This document shows positions 43,113 through 46,372 of a DNA stretch of 46,372 nt, piece by piece. Below the pieces are notes generated by a model that worked only from the letters and a program-made list of their open reading frames with translations, did not search any database and had not been told where the DNA came from. Source of the stretch: Candidatus Methanoperedens sp. (lineage in GTDB: Archaea > Halobacteriota > Methanosarcinia > Methanosarcinales > Methanoperedenaceae); assembly GCA_023249275.1 (NCBI GenBank), contig JAHFCV010000001.1:1-46372 (forward strand), in the 5' to 3' direction. Every line of letters starts with the position of its first letter. The stretch's first letter is position 1. A program made the translations under genes and the position numbers.

Positions 43113-45413
43113 ATGGATTCGAATATTATTTTTAGGGGGCGCGCCCTCAGAATCGCGGTAGGAATAACGGTGCTGGCACTTATATTGCTGGCAGGCGGCG
43201 CGGGCGCGGCTTCAGCGCAGGAATCGACTGGCGAACCCACAGCCATGACATACAAAGGTGAATACAATATCCGCGCAAACACTGTTGACTGGTTTTTTGT
43301 TGGTCTTGGTGGCTATTGGAAGGGCAGTGTAAGGGCTGTCATCCCGTTTGAAATTACGCTTCGGAAACAACAGTGGGGTAAGAAGTTCGAGGGTGAAACG
43401 AAGGTCAAGGTGAACTGGGATGGAGAATGGGGTGAGAAAGATACACTTGTCAAAAAGACGAGCGTCACTGGCACCCTCGCTGGAACGGGGGATGTAATAA
43501 TAAAAGGTGAATTCGACCCTGATAACCCAGAAACAGTACTGATAAGACTTGAAGAAGGAAATTTCTTTAGTCATACATACGTCCAAGACCCAAAACCGTT
43601 AAACAAGGACTCTCTTGGTTATTATCTCAACGATTTTGTTAAACCCGGGGGTATGTTCTACGGACCATTGTTCGATGAGCAGGTGGCTTTTTGGGATGCT
43701 ACTACATCAAAGAAGGTTCTCGGTAAGTTCAAGAGAACAGGCAGTAGCGTTACCGTCAGCAGGTCGGGAAAGGAACTCGGTTTGATGGCTGGCAATTATC
43801 TTAAGGGAGGGCAGTATACGATAACAGCGACGTTGAATCCTGTTTCTTCTTCCTCCACTCCGCTGCCTACCACCATCGCTGCTACGCCTACGCTCACTCC
43901 GACAACAACAGTTCCCCCAACAACAGTTCCCCCAACAACAGTTCCACCCACAACAGTTCCTCCAACAACAGTTCCCCCAACAACAGTTCCACCCACAACA
44001 GTTCCTCCAACAACAGTTCCTCCAACAACAGTTCCTCCAACAACAGTTCCTCCAACAACAGTTCCGCAAACACCTGATATACCCAGCGGTCCGGCTTCTG
44101 GATACAGCGGATTAAATTATACATATTCAGCTTCAGCTTCGGATATTTTTCAATATCCTGTCCAGGTTCTGTATCAGGTTCCGTATCAGGTTTCTTATAG
44201 ATGTGGGTGGTTTGGATGGAAAACTTGTTACAGAACAGAATATCGGACAGAGAATCGGACAGAGTATCGGACAGGGTCTCATAGAGTTAAACTTATTTTT
44301 GACTGGGGAGACGAATCCCAAACTACGACGCAGCTAACAGCATCAGGCAATACTCTGAGTGAATCCCATAAATGGATCAATCCTGGAACTTATGATGTTA
44401 AAGTACAGGCAAAAGATGAATATGGCAATCCCTCGTCTTGGTCAAAATCAAAGATTGTATTCATAACGGATTCCACACCGCCAACAGCTACGCCTACGCT
44501 CACTCCAACAACAGTTCCTCCAACGACCGTTCCGCCCACAACAGTTATTCCGACAACAGTCCCCACCACATCGAATCCACCGATCATAGCAAGCATGACT
44601 AAAGAATACAAAGATCTCAGGGAAAAATTCGAAACTGCATTAAAACGATTCAGGGAAGCAGAGGACAGGCTTAAAGTTGCTGAGGAGCAGTACATATCAG
44701 AAACAGAAGCTATACCCAGAAATGAAGACAGACAGGCTAAAAAAGCAGAACTCTGGAGAAAATTCCGAGAAGTAGTAATAGAATTCCATAATCGAAGAAT
44801 AGACCTGCTTATTGCGGATATCCAACTTCTTAAATATGATGCAAAATTCACTGGAATCAGTGAAACCCTTCCCTTTGACGCATCCTCCACCCTGGACAAA
44901 CACATACTGGAACTGGAAAATATCAGGACAAAAGTTCAACAGGCAACCGAGAAGGATATGAGGAAGATTGATCGTGATCTTAAGAATATAAAAGAAAAAT
45001 TCGAGCTTGAAAAACGCTACTTCAAAGGGATACGGATTAACAACCAGATGGACACATTCTTTGCAAGAACCGATGCCGCCTCGGTCAGAATGAACGAGTT
45101 AATCAAGAAACTTAACGAGAATGGTAAGGATACGTCTAAACTTACCGGAATATTATCGGATTTCAATAATCTTATGAACCAGGCAAAAGAAAACCATAAG
45201 AAAACTCTTGAACTCTTCAGAAGTCATTCAGGATTTGATTCAGCCGGAATGGTAACAGATATCAGGAACGCAGAGGATTTCATCAGGCAGATAAACGAGC
45301 AACAAAAGGATACTGAGAGACTTAGATCTGCAATAGCCGAACTGAGGGAGTTCTTCGGGGAAGCAAAAAGGCTTATTCAAAGCACACAGGATTCCACAGC
45401 GCCAGTAACATGA
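43113..45413 (+). CDS. Secreted mosaic surface protein (signal peptide, unknown beta domain, TTVPP linkers, PKD domain, C-terminal coiled-coil bundle)
   Basis: Signal ...RALRIAVGITVLALILLAGGAGA; PKD motif FDWGDES...HKWINPGTYDVKVQAKD; heptad-rich helical C-terminus. Confidence 0.85.
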   Translation: MDSNIIFRGRALRIAVGITVLALILLAGGAGAASAQESTGEPTAMTYKGEYNIRANTVDWFFVGLGGYWKGSVRAVIPFEITLRKQQWGKKFEGETKVKVNWDGEWGEKDTLVKKTSVTGTLAGTGDVIIKGEFDPDNPETVLIRLEEGNFFSHTYVQDPKPLNKDSLGYYLNDFVKPGGMFYGPLFDEQVAFWDATTSKKVLGKFKRTGSSVTVSRSGKELGLMAGNYLKGGQYTITATLNPVSSSSTPLPTTIAATPTLTPTTTVPPTTVPPTTVPPTTVPPTTVPPTTVPPTTVPPTTVPPTTVPPTTVPPTTVPQTPDIPSGPASGYSGLNYTYSASASDIFQYPVQVLYQVPYQVSYRCGWFGWKTCYRTEYRTENRTEYRTGSHRVKLIFDWGDESQTTTQLTASGNTLSESHKWINPGTYDVKVQAKDEYGNPSSWSKSKIVFITDSTPPTATPTLTPTTVPPTTVPPTTVIPTTVPTTSNPPIIASMTKEYKDLREKFETALKRFREAEDRLKVAEEQYISETEAIPRNEDRQAKKAELWRKFREVVIEFHNRRIDLLIADIQLLKYDAKFTGISETLPFDASSTLDKHILELENIRTKVQQATEKDMRKIDRDLKNIKEKFELEKRYFKGIRINNQMDTFFARTDAASVRMNELIKKLNENGKDTSKLTGILSDFNNLMNQAKENHKKTLELFRSHSGFDSAGMVTDIRNAEDFIRQINEQQKDTERLRSAIAELREFFGEAKRLIQSTQDSTAPVT
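43905..44069 (+). repeat. Coding tandem repeat, 15 bp x 11 (TTVPP)
   Basis: Unit ACAACAGTTCCHCCM; a degenerate second array follows at about 44507-44570. Confidence 0.95.
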
Positions 45414-45424
45414 GGTGTAAAAAC

Positions 45425-45610
45425 ATGAAAGCTATTTATATAGTCCTCGTGCTTCTGATTGCTGCACTGGTTTCAGGCTGTGTGGATAAAAAGGAACAAA
45501 ATCTTTCCAACACATCCACTGGAGCGATTCTCCCTGAAAAATATGTATCCGAAGTCGAGGGCAACTTGATACAGATCGAATCGATGCTCAATGAAAAGGA
45601 AGAGGATTAA
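45425..45610 (+). CDS. Small lipoprotein
   Basis: MKAIYIVLVLLIAALVSGC lipobox; GAGGTG RBS. Confidence 0.75.
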   Translation: MKAIYIVLVLLIAALVSGCVDKKEQNLSNTSTGAILPEKYVSEVEGNLIQIESMLNEKEED

Positions 45611-45646
45611 CGATTCAGCTTTTAGTGATTTTTTACTTTGCTGAAT

Positions 45647-46267
45647 TTACCCCTTTATCCTCTTCAGCCTGAACGTATTCTCCCGTTCCATCTCCTCAAG
45701 CCTCAGCACGATAAAGTCCTTAGCCTCAGAAAGCTCAGGTATCACCTTGAACTCAAGCGCGTTCACCCTGCGCTTCGTTTTCTCGATATCCTCAAGCAGC
45801 TTCTTCATCGTGGTCTCGATTTCAGCAGCAAGGATGATTTTCTCAACAAGTATTTCATAAGAATCCACAGCCTCATCGATACGCGAGCTTGTGCCTATGA
45901 TGCCGTATCCGTGCTCATCGAGCTTCTTATGCACGCTTGAAGCCTGAATCTTGGGAACCACAACGCCCATCACGTTCTTGCTTTCAAGCTCAAGTTTCGG
46001 GGTGTCCTTGAGCGCAAAAGCCGTGGATTTCACCACAACCACGCCTTCCACCGATTTGGCGATGGCAAGCTTCTGGGAAGCCGCAGCAAACTGCTTCTCC
46101 ACCTCAACCCTTATGCCTTTCGCTTTCTCAAGTATCTCGAAAAGCTCAAGAATCAAGCCATCGCGCTTCATCTTGAGAAGCTTGTGCCCGCTCTGGCTGA
46201 GCTTGATCTTTTTCTTGAGCTCAATGAGTTCCGAGCGTGTGGGTTTTATGTTATCTTTTATAGCCAT
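45647..46267 (-). CDS. atpD: A1A0 ATP synthase subunit D
   Basis: KPTRSEL..LK...GHKLLKMKRDGL, NVMGV.VP, KTKRRVNALE, LEEMERENTFRLKRIK. Confidence 0.96.
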   Translation of the reverse strand: MAIKDNIKPTRSELIELKKKIKLSQSGHKLLKMKRDGLILELFEILEKAKGIRVEVEKQFAAASQKLAIAKSVEGVVVVKSTAFALKDTPKLELESKNVMGVVVPKIQASSVHKKLDEHGYGIIGTSSRIDEAVDSYEILVEKIILAAEIETTMKKLLEDIEKTKRRVNALEFKVIPELSEAKDFIVLRLEEMERENTFRLKRIKG

Positions 46268-46268
46268 A

Positions 46269-46372
46269 CTATTCTTTTTGCTCTGCTTTTGCCTTATGAG
46301 CCGGGTGATACTTCTGGATATACTTGTTATCGATTCTTGTGAGCTGCGCTTCCGGAAGCTCAGCTAAAAGTT
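46269..46372 (-). CDS. atpB: A1A0 ATP synthase subunit B, C-terminal end (truncated by the window edge)
   Basis: Hand translation ...[33 protein letters not shown], 1 bp upstream of atpD. Confidence 0.85.
   Translation of the reverse strand, partial: LLAELPEAQLTRIDNKYIQKYHPAHKAKAEQKE

Noticed and set aside
43905-44069. CRISPR array or Borg-type perfect tandem repeat
   Set aside because: No spacers; units vary at synonymous positions; surrounded by chromosomal housekeeping genes.
43707-44124. Cys-rich (NCCWR)n and (EELLL)n minus-strand ORFs
   Set aside because: Shadow frames of the TTVPP tandem repeat.

Overview
Chromosomal segment of a Methanosarcinales archaeon, most likely 'Ca. Methanoperedens' (ANME-2d). 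This is inferred from the Methanosarcina-type S-layer gene, MTH865/DUF2150/DUF5371-like genes, archaeal LeuRS and A1A0-ATPase. Housekeeping genes (rlmE, leuS, purE, sua5, tRNA-Ser, atpB/atpD) alternate with accessory modules: (i) a tightly coupled 7-gene signalling operon (roadblock - double-domain KaiC - two small membrane proteins - AioX/ArrT-like oxyanion-binding lipoprotein - HAMP/PAS histidine kinase - stand-alone receiver), the best candidate for an undescribed system; (ii) a GT2 + YYY/DUF2298 glycosylation pair whose GT2 appears to start at ATA; (iii) a degenerate tRNA-Ser 3' copy bracketing an AT-rich orphan gene; (iv) a sulfite reductase-APS reductase-Sat assimilatory operon upstream of kup; (v) a Cys-rich wHTH regulator/ferredoxin/MTH865 locus with paired palindromic operators; (vi) a LipS2-like radical SAM - amino-acid dehydrogenase - ADP-forming acyl-CoA synthetase cluster flanked by alanine dehydrogenase and aspartase; (vii) toxin-antitoxin-like genes; (viii) a mosaic repeat-rich surface protein. 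Four intergenic palindromic elements built from CRCRRAK heptamers at mostly 9-10 nt period form an apparently unannotated dispersed repeat family. Four small genes (<60 aa) missing from the ORF track were found by hand. No CRISPR array, transposase or integrase was seen. Family assignments come from motif recognition, not database searches.
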